IMG/VR virus record: IMGVR_UViG_3300030438_000078 | Location: 92,994 to 156,993 of that record | DNA length: 64,000 nucleotides | Strand: one strand, 5' to 3' | Origin: a virus | In this document: positions 46,987 through 58,128 of the stretch, piece by piece | How the letters are laid out: the number at the start of each line of letters is the position of its first letter | Numbering within the stretch: the first letter of the stretch is position 1 | Notes under the pieces: model-generated | Database searches by the model: none | Told to the model about the DNA's origin: nothing | The model's input: the letters and a program-made list of their open reading frames with translations, nothing else | Made by a program: the position numbers and the translations under genes

Positions 46987-47258
46987 AGTATAATTATTAA
47001 TATACCTAATATTATTCCAATTAAATCTGCTATTATATCTTTCCAATCCCATCCAGTACCATTTGATCTGAATTTATCATATAATTCTTTTGATATAGAA
47101 GCAACTATTGCTAATGCTACTCCTACTTTCAAATTAAAAACTCCTACTATTAATACAATAGCAAAATTAATTATCACATGTTTTAATTTATCATTTCCTT
47201 TTATAAGAGAAATAATATTATTTATCCAATTTTTTATTGTTTCCATCCTTATTACCAA
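46983..47258 (-). CDS. holin-like membrane protein
   Basis: 91 aa with two or three TM helices ('FAIVLIVGVFNLKVGVALAIVASI', 'IIADLIGIILGILIIIL') and charged loop; located in a lysis-like cassette. Confidence 0.45.
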   Translation of the reverse strand: MVIRMETIKNWINNIISLIKGNDKLKHVIINFAIVLIVGVFNLKVGVALAIVASISKELYDKFRSNGTGWDWKDIIADLIGIILGILIIIL

Positions 47259-47469
47259 ATTTCCAAATTCCTGTTACACTATCTATACCTAATAGTCCCA
47301 TGCAACACCATAGAACTGTATCTATCATTAATGGAGCTTGTATAACTTCAACTGTACAATATACCAATACTAAAAGACATATTATCCAACCAGTTAATCC
47401 GCAAACTCTCTTAGAAGATACTCCTGATTGAGAAATTACTACTTCCTTCAAAAATTGTATAAATCTCAT
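47218..47469 (-). CDS. membrane protein (holin/spanin-like)
   Basis: 83 aa, two TM helices, basic C-terminus; ATG overlaps TGA of upstream gene (ATGA). Confidence 0.4.
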   Translation of the reverse strand: MRFIQFLKEVVISQSGVSSKRVCGLTGWIICLLVLVYCTVEVIQAPLMIDTVLWCCMGLLGIDSVTGIWKFGNKDGNNKKLDK

Positions 47470-48485
47470 CTCTTAAAATATTGATTTATAACATCAGAGT
47501 AATTATCCACCTACTAAAAAGCATCATTTAATCCTCCGTTAATATATATATTATACATATCCTATATGGATTTAGAACTATTTAATCTACTTTTAAATTT
47601 ATTAGGCATTTTGTAGTAAGCATATAACATTCTATCTTCTGAACCTGGATTATTCTTAAAGAAAGCATGAACTGAATTTCCATACTTTTCTATTAATAGT
47701 TTTTTAGCATCGTTCAATTTCATATTAATAATCTCAGCTGCATCATTCAAAGATAAATTATCTTTTCCCCATACTTTCATTTTATTATCAAACGGTTTTT
47801 TATAAGTTAATCCAGTAATATTTAATCTTTGTTTGACGTCGTCTAAATTATCCAATCCAAAGTTTCCTAGTTTTTTATAAGATGTATTTCCAGGATTTTT
47901 AGTGGGATTTCGGGCAATTACAACACTATCTGGATCGACTGTTAATTTAGAATTAAGCATATTAGTAGCATAGCCTTCGTTTAACAGTACATTTAATAAT
48001 CCCCTCTTATGGGCAACATTAGAGAGTACTCCATTTAACTATTTTCTGTTTTTATCTAAAAATGAATATTTCCAATTTTTATCTATACCATTTTTATCTG
48101 TACCCCATTTAGTATTTACAATTACTTTATAATTAGGAGAGGTAACTTCTCCACCATCTTCATGTTTTTTAATTAAACCATAAGTTCCTTTCTTTAATCT
48201 TTTAATTGTAATCCATCCATTATCTAATATTGACCTATGTCCATCTGGCTTATGAATCTTCGAACCTTCCTCATGTTTCCATTTAGCAGCATTTCTAGCA
48301 AAGTTAGCCCTCTTCTTTTGTAATGGAGTAGTCTTAGGATTTTTTAATACAGCTCTTGCATGCTCCTATACACTTCTTCCTGCCTTTTTAGCAGAAGCTG
48401 TAAACTTTCCTCTGTTCTTCTTTTTAATATGAATACCAGAACCTTTCTTATATATCTAGCATCCAATAAATTCTAAATTGTTCAT
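47466..48485 (-). CDS. TAG-recoded basic protein (340 codons), candidate lysis/virion protein
   Basis: ATG 48485 to TGA 47466 with in-frame TAGs at 48456, 48366, 48039, 47562, 47514 and 47511; extends ORF-track piece 47562..47960 in both directions; very K/R-rich N-terminal third. Confidence 0.45.
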
Positions 48486-48730
48486 AAATTAATTAATTTC
48501 GCATGAATCTTTCTGTGACAATTACTACATACACAAATACACTTATCTAATTCTATTTTAAATAATCTAGTTGGTAAGTATTTAACAGACTGAGATATAT
48601 TATATACTTTATCATGTAAATGATGAACCTCTAAACAACAATATGCTGTTTCTCCACAAATACAACATTTATCTTTTTTATCCTTTAGTAATAATTTATT
48701 ACCATTAATTACTTCTGAAGGCTGTTTCAT
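48482..48730 (-). CDS. HNH endonuclease
   Basis: 'CCICGETAYCCLEVHHLHDK...CSNCHRKIH' HNH zinc-finger motif; 82 aa; ATGA overlap with downstream gene. Confidence 0.6.
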   Translation of the reverse strand: MKQPSEVINGNKLLLKDKKDKCCICGETAYCCLEVHHLHDKVYNISQSVKYLPTRLFKIELDKCICVCSNCHRKIHAKLINL

Positions 48731-48867
48731 AAAACACAGAATTAATTATTAATTATTAATATATTATAATAAATAATGATTTGTATCTTACAAAGAATAT
48801 TAATATACTTGAAAAGTATAAAATAAATATAGATAAATGTATTAAATGATTTAATGAACTATGATTA

Positions 48868-49782
48868 ATGGATAAAAGTAAAATTACAAAACAGAATGGC
48901 AACATTGCTTTTGAAGAAGAAGCTCACATTTATTATGATGTTACTTGCCCAGAAAAGAAATTTGTATCTGTGACTACGTTAATTCATTCTTTCACACAAC
49001 CCTTTGATAAAGAGTTCTGGTCAGCTTATAAAACATTAGAGAAACTTCTATCTAAGGATGAATGGTCTATAGAAAAAAAGTCTTTATTAAATACTAAGAA
49101 ATTTGATAAGGTCTTACTAGAACTTCATAATATTGATGTGAATGATTTTAATAGAGAGCAGCAATCTATCTTAGATGCATGGGATTTAGAGAATAGAAAC
49201 TCTTGCGAAAGAGGAACTAAAATACATGCAGAATTAGAAAACTCTTTTTATAAAAAGAAGAAGAATATAGATTTAAGCAAATACCAAATTGGTGGAAAGT
49301 TTGAATGTGTTAAGGATTATAATGAGTTAGACTTAGAAAATGGGGTATATCCTGAATATCTTATATCTAGAGTATCTGATGATGGAAAATTGAGAATAGC
49401 CGGTCAAATTGACTTATTAGTTAAAAAAGGAAATAAAATAATTATAGGAGACTGGAAAACTAATAAGAAAATTGAATTAAAATCATTTTTTGATTCTAAG
49501 ACTAAGTGTTCTACAAAAATGAAATATCCTTTAAATAATTTAGATGACTGTAATTATAATCACTATTGTTTACAATTAAGTACATATGCTTGGATGATTC
49601 AAAAATTAAATCCAGAATTTGAGATTGAAGATTTAGTATTAGTACATTTTGACCATAGTGACAATATGACAGTGTATCATTTACCATATTTAAAAGATGA
49701 AGTAATCAGAATGTTAGCTTATTATAAAAAAGAGTCTATTCTTTCTGAAAATAGAAACAAACGTAAACGTATAGAATATTAA
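48868..49782 (+). CDS. putative PD-(D/E)XK-family nuclease (RecB/Cas4-like exonuclease fold)
   Basis: 304 aa; 'GQIDLLVKKGNKIIIGDWKTNKK' matches D..(E/D)xK core; no TAG codons. Confidence 0.45.
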   Translation: MDKSKITKQNGNIAFEEEAHIYYDVTCPEKKFVSVTTLIHSFTQPFDKEFWSAYKTLEKLLSKDEWSIEKKSLLNTKKFDKVLLELHNIDVNDFNREQQSILDAWDLENRNSCERGTKIHAELENSFYKKKKNIDLSKYQIGGKFECVKDYNELDLENGVYPEYLISRVSDDGKLRIAGQIDLLVKKGNKIIIGDWKTNKKIELKSFFDSKTKCSTKMKYPLNNLDDCNYNHYCLQLSTYAWMIQKLNPEFEIEDLVLVHFDHSDNMTVYHLPYLKDEVIRMLAYYKKESILSENRNKRKRIEY

Positions 49783-49784
49783 TT

Positions 49785-50000
49785 ATGTCAACAGAAGAAA
49801 TAAATAAAAGAAGAGACATATGTAATCATTGTGGAATATATGATTCTAATAATGATTTATGCAATGGGCATTTATATATTAATCCAGATAATAATGATGT
49901 AAGTATAAATCCTAAAATTGGATATATAAAAGGATGTGGATGTTTATTAAGTAGAAAGATTCCTAATGAATTGAAACATTGTCCTGCAAAAAAATGGTAA
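49785..50000 (+). CDS. small zinc-ribbon protein
   Basis: 71 aa, 'CNHCG...CNG...CGC...C'. Confidence 0.35.
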   Translation: MSTEEINKRRDICNHCGIYDSNNDLCNGHLYINPDNNDVSINPKIGYIKGCGCLLSRKIPNELKHCPAKKW

Positions 50001-50335
50001 TGGACAAATTATTATATGGAACTCCAGCAGTAGCTAATCCTAATAAAATTTATATATTAACAGATGCCGATTATGTTAAAGTAGAAAATAAAGAAAAGAT
50101 GATAAAAAAATGGATCAAAGCAATATTTATTAAACCTTTTACTATTTTAAAAAGTATATGGTTTAATTTAACAAAAAAACAGGAAGATCTCTCAGAAAAG
50201 AGATTAGAAATATGTAATAACTGTGATAAGAAGATTAACATTAAATATGTAGGAGATATATGTGATATTTGCGGATGCGTATTAGATAATAAAACAAGGA
50301 TTAAAGATGAACATTGTGATTTATGTAAATGGTAA
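49979..50335 (+). CDS. hypothetical protein with C-terminal Cys cluster
   Basis: 118 aa; 'CNNCDKK...CDICGC...CDLCKW'. Confidence 0.35.
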   Translation: MSCKKMVMDKLLYGTPAVANPNKIYILTDADYVKVENKEKMIKKWIKAIFIKPFTILKSIWFNLTKKQEDLSEKRLEICNNCDKKINIKYVGDICDICGCVLDNKTRIKDEHCDLCKW

Positions 50336-50341
50336 TGAATT

Positions 50342-50938
50342 ATGGAAGAATTAAGAACAGAATTAAACAGTAATGAAAAGTTAGCATTAGCTACAACAGG
50401 AATGGAAGGAACAGGAAAACATTTTATTATTAATGGTGAAACTGCTGATAAAACTCTACAAAGAGAAAAGGCAATGACTTTTAATACTAAAGTTGATGAA
50501 TTTAATGATAAATTTGAAAGGCATAATAAAGCATTAGAAGATTTTGCTAAAGATTTATCTGAAGATATAAATGGTCTAGAAATCATGCCTATGTTTGGAT
50601 ATGCTTTGATTAAACCTTTTGACCAGAATCCTTTCCAGAAAGTTAAAGTTACTAATAGTGGTATTATTACAGATTTAGGTGGATATACTCCTACTTATAA
50701 ATCTCATGAAACTGGAGAAATTGAAGAAGAACAACAATATATTAAAGTCGGAACAGTTATTGAAGTTGGACATAAATGTGAATTCTTAAAACCTGGTGAT
50801 GTAGTATTCTACACTATTGCTAGTGAATGTATGGTTCCATTTTATAAACTTGGTTTTGTAGTAGTTAATGAAAACAGAATTCTAGCTGTTGTAAATGAGA
50901 AATTAACAGATAGAAAAAAGAATATTAATAAGGGTTAA
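50342..50938 (+). CDS. GroES-like co-chaperonin with N-terminal extension
   Basis: C-terminal ~100 aa ('MPMFGYALIKPFDQ...VKVTNSGIIT...EIEEEQQYIKVGTVIEVG...LKPGDVVFY...RILAVVNE') has the Hsp10 pattern: mobile loop, roof hairpin, conserved hydrophobic tail. Confidence 0.45.
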   Translation: MEELRTELNSNEKLALATTGMEGTGKHFIINGETADKTLQREKAMTFNTKVDEFNDKFERHNKALEDFAKDLSEDINGLEIMPMFGYALIKPFDQNPFQKVKVTNSGIITDLGGYTPTYKSHETGEIEEEQQYIKVGTVIEVGHKCEFLKPGDVVFYTIASECMVPFYKLGFVVVNENRILAVVNEKLTDRKKNINKG

Positions 50939-50939
50939 T

Positions 50940-51164
50940 ATGGAAGAAGAGAAGATTTATTTCCGACCTGGGGATTGTGTTACCTTAAAATAGCATAAGG
51001 TAATGCATTCTCCAGTTATGCTTGTTTTAAGAAAAGAAGCTGCTTTATTTAAAGATAATTAGAGTCTTAAAGGACTAAGATGTAGATGGTTTACTGATTC
51101 TGGGCTAATGCAGGAAGCGGTATTTAATACAAAAGATTTACAATTAGTAACAAGTAATTTTTAA
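50940..51164 (+). CDS. small protein with DUF2158-like 'PGD.V.LK' motif; three in-frame TAGs
   Basis: First plus-strand gene containing TAG codons; 'IYFRPGDCVTLKQHKVMHSPVMLVLRK...LRCRWF' resembles YodC/DUF2158 small proteins. Confidence 0.4.
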
Positions 51165-51168
51165 TAAA

Positions 51169-52461
51169 ATGGCATTAAATTTAGACCCAGAATTTGTACA
51201 TTATGTTTAGGGTATTTATGGAAACGCTGATTTAGATGGTAAAGTAATTAAATAGTTATATTAGACATGGAAGAGTAATCCTTAGTTTATTATAAATGCT
51301 TATAATTAGAAAAATCAAGTTCAGCAAAATAAACCTTAGCTAGCTTCAATGGCTAATAATAATATTAGATAGATTAATAAGCCAGAAGTAGCACAGGATG
51401 ATTTAAGTGGAATTACTAATTTTGGAAACGCATTTAAAATAGCTAGTTAGAGAAATTTAAGTTAGTTTAAATGGAAGGGAACTAAAGCTAATCCTAGTGG
51501 ATTATTTGCAGTTGAATTTGCAACAAAAAAATAGTCTACATCTAAGCCTACTAAGCCTACTAAACCTTCTCCTACTTCAAATAATTCTAACTAGTCAAGT
51601 CCTTCTTCTACTCAAACATGGTCAAGTTTACTTGAAAAAGCTCCGACTCTTGATTTAATAGAATCAGTAAAAGGAAAATCATTTTGGGATGGAACCTTTT
51701 TTCCAGTAGATAAATCTTTAGTTAAAAAGGCTCCTTCTCCTGTAACTAATAGTTCCTCTACTTTGAAACAAGATGTTCCAAGTAGTCCATTGCCAAGAAA
51801 TAGAGAAGCCGAATCATAGGCAAGACAATCAGCTTTTGAAAGAATGACATACTAGAATTGGAGAAGTAATAGACCCTCTGAAAATAGTTATTTTAGAGCA
51901 GGTTATAATTCTATAACTCCATCTTTTTATTAGTAGGGAGGTACTATGTAGCAACAATAGTCTTCTCAAGAATAGGAATTACAAAAAGCTTTCTTAGCAT
52001 ATTTAATTTAGGATGCAGCATAGCAAGGTATTCAATTACAATCAGAACAAGATTTACAAGCATATGCTTAGCAACTTGGAGAAGAAGGTATAAAAGCTAA
52101 GTATCAAGAATTTATGCAGAAAATGCAAGGAGGAACAATGGCTAAACTTGGGACAAAGTTAGAATATATTAAAAAACTAAAAGGAGTATGTCCAGAAGGC
52201 TATGAAATGTCCTATTACAAGGTAGGAGGAAGAATCTGCAAAACTTGTTAGAAAATGCATAAAATGGAAGCTGCATAGAAAGGGAAGAAACTAAATGCAG
52301 TTCAATAGTTTAAGAAAGATATGAAAACTAAAGATGAAGCATCTAGAGATTCTATAGCTATCAATAAATGGCAGGATTAGGATACAATGGCTAAGAAAGG
52401 AAATAAAGGAAACTTTAAAAAAGGAACATGGGTTCCAGATAGAAAGAAATATAAAAAATGA
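51169..52461 (+). CDS. Gln(TAG)-rich hypothetical protein (431 codons)
   Basis: Continuous protein-like frame with more than 25 in-frame TAGs, ends TGA; Ser/Pro/Thr-rich linker and C-terminal Cys motif 'CPEGYEMSYYKVGGRICKTC'. Confidence 0.5.
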
Positions 52462-52494
52462 GATTTAATTATCTTATATAAATGGGTATGATTT

Positions 52495-53055
52495 ATGAAT
52501 GTGTTTAGTTTTAATTCATTAAATAAAAGTTTAGAAATTAATGAACCTGAAATATTATTGGTAAGAGAGTTTAAAGCTTTAGTGGATAGGGATTTTACTT
52601 CTATGAAAGAAAAAGTTACTAGAGAACTCACTTATATCTTTCTAGCAATAGATTGGAAAAGTCCCTATAACCAATATTCTGAATAGGAAAGACATGAAGA
52701 AGCTTTAAATGATTCTGGATTAACAGAATCTGAATTTAATGATCCTATATTTAGAGAAGCATGTAGAAAATATAGGGCTTTATAGGATTCTAATAAATCA
52801 ATTAAGTTATTAGAAGCTGCTAAAAGAGCAGCTGATTAGTTTATAGATTATTTCGATACCATAGTAGACTTAAATGAAAGGGATAATAATGGAAAGCCTG
52901 TTTTCTAGGCAGAAAAAGTAATGAAAGAAATGGCTTAGTTACATAAGGTACATGAAGAATTAATTACCCTAGAAAATGAAGTTAAGAAGGAGCTTACTGA
53001 ACAGTCTACTATTAGAGGTGGTGGAGAAGACGGTTTTGATCCAGGAGATATTTAA
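52495..53055 (+). CDS. hypothetical protein upstream of terminase (candidate small terminase subunit)
   Basis: 187 codons, 5 in-frame TAGs, ends TAA three nt before the terL ATG. Confidence 0.45.
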
Positions 53056-53057
53056 TT

Positions 53058-55208
53058 ATGGGAAGAAAGAAAAAAATACTACCTGAAGAATTATAGATTA
53101 TAGTAGATGAAGTAAGAAATAAATAGGAATAGGAAGATGCTCAAGAAGCTAGAGAACTAGTATAGAAGTTAAGACAGGAAAGGTCTAATGATAAAACATA
53201 TTGGGATGTAAAAAAAGAAGAAACAATAGAAGTATTTGACCCAACATTATCTTATGAGTTAACTGGATATAGACCTATAGATGAAACTCATGGATTAGAC
53301 TTTAATCCAGAATGGTTCACAGAAACTAGGGAGGTTTATAAGAAAACTGGAAAATATTGTCCGTATCTAAAAGATAGTAAGAGATATAATGAATTTTGGA
53401 AAGAGCAATATAGAAGATGTAAATACGGAATGACAGTTAATGGTTACACTATTACTGGAGATAATTACTTCTTTTTGAATTTCTATTAGTTACCGGCTAT
53501 TGATACTAACTAGGCTTCTGGTTCTGGAACTAGAGATGATTTTCCAATATTTTTCGCATCTCATTATATGTTCTTCCATTATTTACAAATGGCAAGAGTA
53601 CTTCATAAGCATGCAGCTTTGATGAAAGCTCGCTCGATAGGTTTTAGTGAAATAAATGCTTCATTATCAGCAAGAATGTATTCTGTGATTAGAAAAAGTA
53701 GAGTGATGATTACTTGTTATAATGATACCTTCTTAAAGGGCACATTTAATAAGTTTGATCATGCTTTAACTTTTTTAAATACATGCACTAATGGAGGATT
53801 CTTTAAAAGAAGAATTACAGATTAGGATCTAAAAAAGAAATCTGGAACTTAGATAAAAATAGATGGACAGTTTGAAGATACTGGATTTCAATCAGAAGTA
53901 CTAGGAATTAATGGAGCTAAACCATCTAATATTCGTGGTGACCGTGTTGATTTATTAATATTTGATGAAGCAGGTTCTTGGCCAGGTTTAACTACTGCAG
54001 TTGTACAAGGACAAGAATTATGTGAAGTATAGGGTGTTCCTAGAGGTACTATGTTATTTGGTGGAACTGGGGGCGATATGGGGGCACCTTTGGAAGGTCT
54101 TAAAAAGATATATTATAATCCTAGGTCATTTAAAATACTTCCATTTAGACATAATTGGACACAAGATGGTACTACTATAGAAAGCGGATTCTTTATACCT
54201 TACTTTTTACAATCTCTTAATCCAGAATTTATGGATAATAGAGGAGTTTGTAAAATTGGAGAATATAAAAAATTCTTACAAGAAGAACGCGACAATCTAT
54301 TAGCTGTTCCAGAAGAATATTTAAAGAAATGTGCTGAACGTTGCTGGAATGCAGAAGAAGCATTTAATCTTGAAGGCGTTAATAAATTTAATAAAATAAA
54401 CATAGCTAATTAGTTAGCTACTATAAGACTTCATAAACAAGGTCCAAGACCTGAAGTAGGAGTAATAGATTACTATTATAAAAATAGCCAACATACTCCA
54501 GAAAATATAGCAGGTTTTAAATGGATGCCTAATCCTAATGGTAAAGTAAAAATATTAGAACACCCAGTATGGTCAGATTTATATAAAGAATAGATAGAGA
54601 AATTAAGAAAGAAAGCCGAAGAAAATGATGAAGAATTTACTGTTCCTGTATATAAAGAAATGAAAGACTTGTATGTTGCAGGAATAGACGGTATTGATAT
54701 TGGTGCAAATTAGACTTCTAAAGAAACTAGAGATCCTTCAGATTTCTGCATTACTATTAAGAAGAGAGCTTTTGGACTTAATGATCCTCAATATGTAGCA
54801 ATATATAAAGATAGACCTGGAAATATTAGAGAAGCTTATAAAATTGCTATGTGCTTAGCTAGATATTTTAACTGTAAAATAAATATAGAAGCAACTCGTA
54901 TGAGTATGGTTACTTGGGCTAGAGAAAATAAATGTTTACAATACTTTATGAAACGTCCAAGAGCTACACTAACAGATATTAAAAATGGTACTACTAAGTA
55001 GTACGGAACTCCTGCAACTAAAACTATTATTGAACAGCATACAGATTTAACAGCTGACTTTGTTGAAGATTACTGCCATACTATATGGTTTGAAGAAATG
55101 CTTGATTAGCTTACTGGTTATAATGATGAAAATAAAGGTAAGTTCGATATTATAGCATCAATGGGTATCTTAGTTATGCCCCTATATATAGTAATATATA
55201 TAAGATAA
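53058..55208 (+). CDS. terL: terminase large subunit
   Basis: 717 codons with about 14 in-frame TAGs; ATPase Walker B 'RVDLLIFDEAGSWP' followed by a nuclease-domain region 'LYVAGIDGIDIGAN'; size and order (immediately before the portal-like gene) fit TerL. Confidence 0.7.
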
Positions 55209-55495
55209 TTCCGCAAAATCGGTGAAGACTAAGATGATTAAATTTATTGAAGAACATTAAATAGAAAATTTAATAAATTTAATCATTATGTTAATACCGA
55301 GGTAACTTAATTAATCGTTGAGTACCGTAACGCGTAGGAGATGAGCGTTATAGAGAGCAATAATTCTCCCAAGAGTGTGGAACATCCTATAGTGGATGAA
55401 AATGTACGCTGACCCGTCTGATGATTAAATCAGAATATAGTAAGGAGGAAACTCCCGGAATTATTGAATAAAAAATCAATAAGATAACAAAAGTG

Positions 55496-55714
55496 ATGAC
55501 AGAATTAGCAGATTAGGAATTGTCTGGAAGACAACCTTCTTTAGTTGTTAAAGATGTTGAAGAGTTTCAAGATTTTGGATATTATAGAGATGAAAGGGGT
55601 TATATAAGACATGGTGTAATACCTAAGAGAGAACCTCAACTAATTAATATAAATATAGAAAAATATGATGACCCATACAGAATTGAAACAAGCGATCCTA
55701 GATTATATACGTGA
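55496..55714 (+). CDS. hypothetical protein
   Basis: 73 codons, TAG at codon 7, ends TGA. Confidence 0.35.
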
Positions 55715-55967
55715 ATTATATGAAATGGAATATATAGGAGGTTTAGAAATAACTGACCTAGATCCAGTAGGTTATAAAATTTCTTTTAATTTTGATAAAT
55801 CTGAAATGCCTTTAGTTATTATAGCAGATTTACCAGATGAAGAATTTTTACCTTTTATAAAAGAAGAATTAAGAAGTAGAAAACTTCATAGAGTTAAATA
55901 TTTTGGAGCTACTAAACTTCCTCCAGAACCTATAACAGTTTGTAATGAAAGAAAAAGAACTTATTGA
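55665..55967 (+). CDS. hypothetical protein
   Basis: 100-aa ORF overlapping both neighbours. Confidence 0.35.
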   Translation: MMTHTELKQAILDYIRELYEMEYIGGLEITDLDPVGYKISFNFDKSEMPLVIIADLPDEEFLPFIKEELRSRKLHRVKYFGATKLPPEPITVCNERKRTY

Positions 55968-58128
55968 CAAAACTAATGCTGCTATTTCTGAGTTGGTATA
56001 TGACAAGTATGAGTTACAAAAAGCTTATAATTATTACAATGGTAAAAGAGACCCAGAATAGTATCGTTACTTAGAAGAAAATTTTGGAATAGGAAGTCCT
56101 ACATCAGTTGAGTTTACACCTCTATTAAAAAAGCATGTAGATGCTTTAGTTGGAGAATATTTAGGAACTCCTATACTTCCAAAAATTTCTTGTAAAGACT
56201 CTGAGACTATATCTAGTATTACTAGAGAAAAATAGTTAAAAATAATTGAAGGGATAGTTAAATTTTTAAAAGATCATTTAAATAATTCTATTCTCAGATT
56301 TATAGATGGAAAAGATATAACAGATAAAGCTATTAAAGAATAGCTAGACAAATTAATTCAAGACATTGACCAATCATTTATTTCTCAATATGAAATTGCT
56401 GCACAGCACGTTGTGTATTACATAATGCAATCTAGAGAAACAGATTTAATTACTAAACTAAGATAGTTATTAACAGATTTACTTATTACTGGATATACTT
56501 TCTTTAGAGTTAAACAATCTTTAAGTGAAAATAATATTGAAATAGAAGTACTAAATCCATTAAATACTTTTATAGATAGAAATCCAGATTCTCCATATGT
56601 TAGAAATTCTTATAGAGCGGTTATTAGACAATGGTTAACTAAGAGTTAGATATTGGCTAAGTATGGCAAGGAACTATCTAAAGAAGATTTAAAACAATTA
56701 AAAGATGATTGGTATGATAGTGACGGTGCTGCTGTTTATAGAAGAGAGTTCACAGCTTCTAATACATGTACAGTAGTAAATGATGATTGGAATAATGACA
56801 CAATACCTGGTTATCCAGATAATGAATATAGTACAAAACGATTCTAGCTTATCCCGGTGTATGAAGTAGAATGGATTGAAACAGATGATAACTTTATAAT
56901 GTAGAGATATACTACTATAAGAATAGGAGAAAATATTTATATACTTAGAGGTCTAGATAAAAATGTTATTAGGTCAAAAGATAATCCTAGCTTCTGTGGA
57001 CTTTCAGTAAATGGAGTATATTTTTTAAATAGATCTAAATAGCCTTATTCTCTAATATTAAAATGTGCTCATTTGTAGGATAGATATGACTTATTAAACT
57101 ATTATAGAGACTCTTTAGTAGCTAATAGTGGTTCTGCTGGTGTTATTATGGATATGTCCCTATTGCCTAAGAACTTAGGAGTAAAATGGCCTGAAAGAGT
57201 AGAAAAATGGTTAGCATATAAGAAAGCAGGTATAATGTGGGTAGATAGTTCTCAAGAGGGCAGAAATGATAATGGTAATGCTCCATTAAATACTATCTTT
57301 AACGGATTTGATGATACTTTAAAAGCTCAAGCTATTCAAGCAATAGAGTTAGCAATCTAGGGAGTAGAACAAACTACCTCTTCAATTACTGGAGTATTTA
57401 GAGAACGTCTTAATGGTATAGAACAAAGAGATGCCGTAACTAATATTAAATAGGGAGTAGCTAACTCGTATATTGTTACTAAACCATATTTCCAACAAAT
57501 GGATTTAATAACCTGTGAAATCTTACTAGATAGTTTAAATCAAGCTAAAATAACTTATAAGAAAAAAGGTTTAACTGGAACTATTATTTTGGGAGATAAA
57601 TATTAGTAGATATTTACTGCACTTCCAGAGCATTTTACTTTAACTGATTATGATATTCATGTAATTTCTAGTACACAAGTAATGGAAGATATGTAGACTA
57701 TAAAATCTATAATTCCAGAATTTGTAAAAAGTAATTAGATATCTCCAGATATTATATTAGAAGCTCTAACTTCTAAAAGTATGACTGATTTAAAATATAA
57801 AGTTAAAAAAGCTATGTAGGCTCAGAAAGAAGAGAATAATTAGTTATAGCAGCTATAGCAAAAACTAGAAGAAACTACATAGCAAGCTCAATAGTTATAG
57901 TAGGAATTATAGAAAGCATAGTAGAAGATACAGTAGCTTGATGAAACCAAACTTAACTTAGAATAGCATAAGATTCAGCTAGAATATTAGGTTAATTGGT
58001 TTAAAGCTCAAACTGATAGGTCTTATAGAGATAGATAGATGGATATAGAAGAAAAAAGAACTGAAGTAGAATTAGCTCAGTTAAAAGATGGGAATCCATA
58101 TAATGATAAAATTAGACAATTAATCTAA
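55945..58128 (+). CDS. portal-like protein (728 codons) with TAG-encoded Gln-rich C-terminal tail
   Basis: Large gene directly after terL; dozens of in-frame TAGs; C-terminal 40 codons contain about 13 TAGs ('QAQKEENNQLQQLQQKLEETTQQAQQLQQELQKAQQKIQQL'); portal assignment rests on size and synteny only. Confidence 0.5.

Noticed and set aside
46972-47292. Plus-strand ORF 46972..47292 (106 aa, Ile-rich)
   Set aside because: Antisense to the holin-like membrane-protein gene 46983..47258; hydrophobic genes give hydrophobic antisense frames.
48731-48867. Divergent AT-rich spacer between the HNH gene and the 48868 gene as a promoter pair
   Set aside because: Very likely contains promoters, but I could not find an exact TAnnTTTG -7 element with a correctly spaced -33 motif by eye, so no coordinates are given.
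55441-55450. Shine-Dalgarno-like TAAGGAGG 45 nt upstream of the 55496 start
   Set aside because: Too far from the start codon to act as an RBS, and Bacteroidota-type hosts generally do not use SD pairing; likely coincidental.
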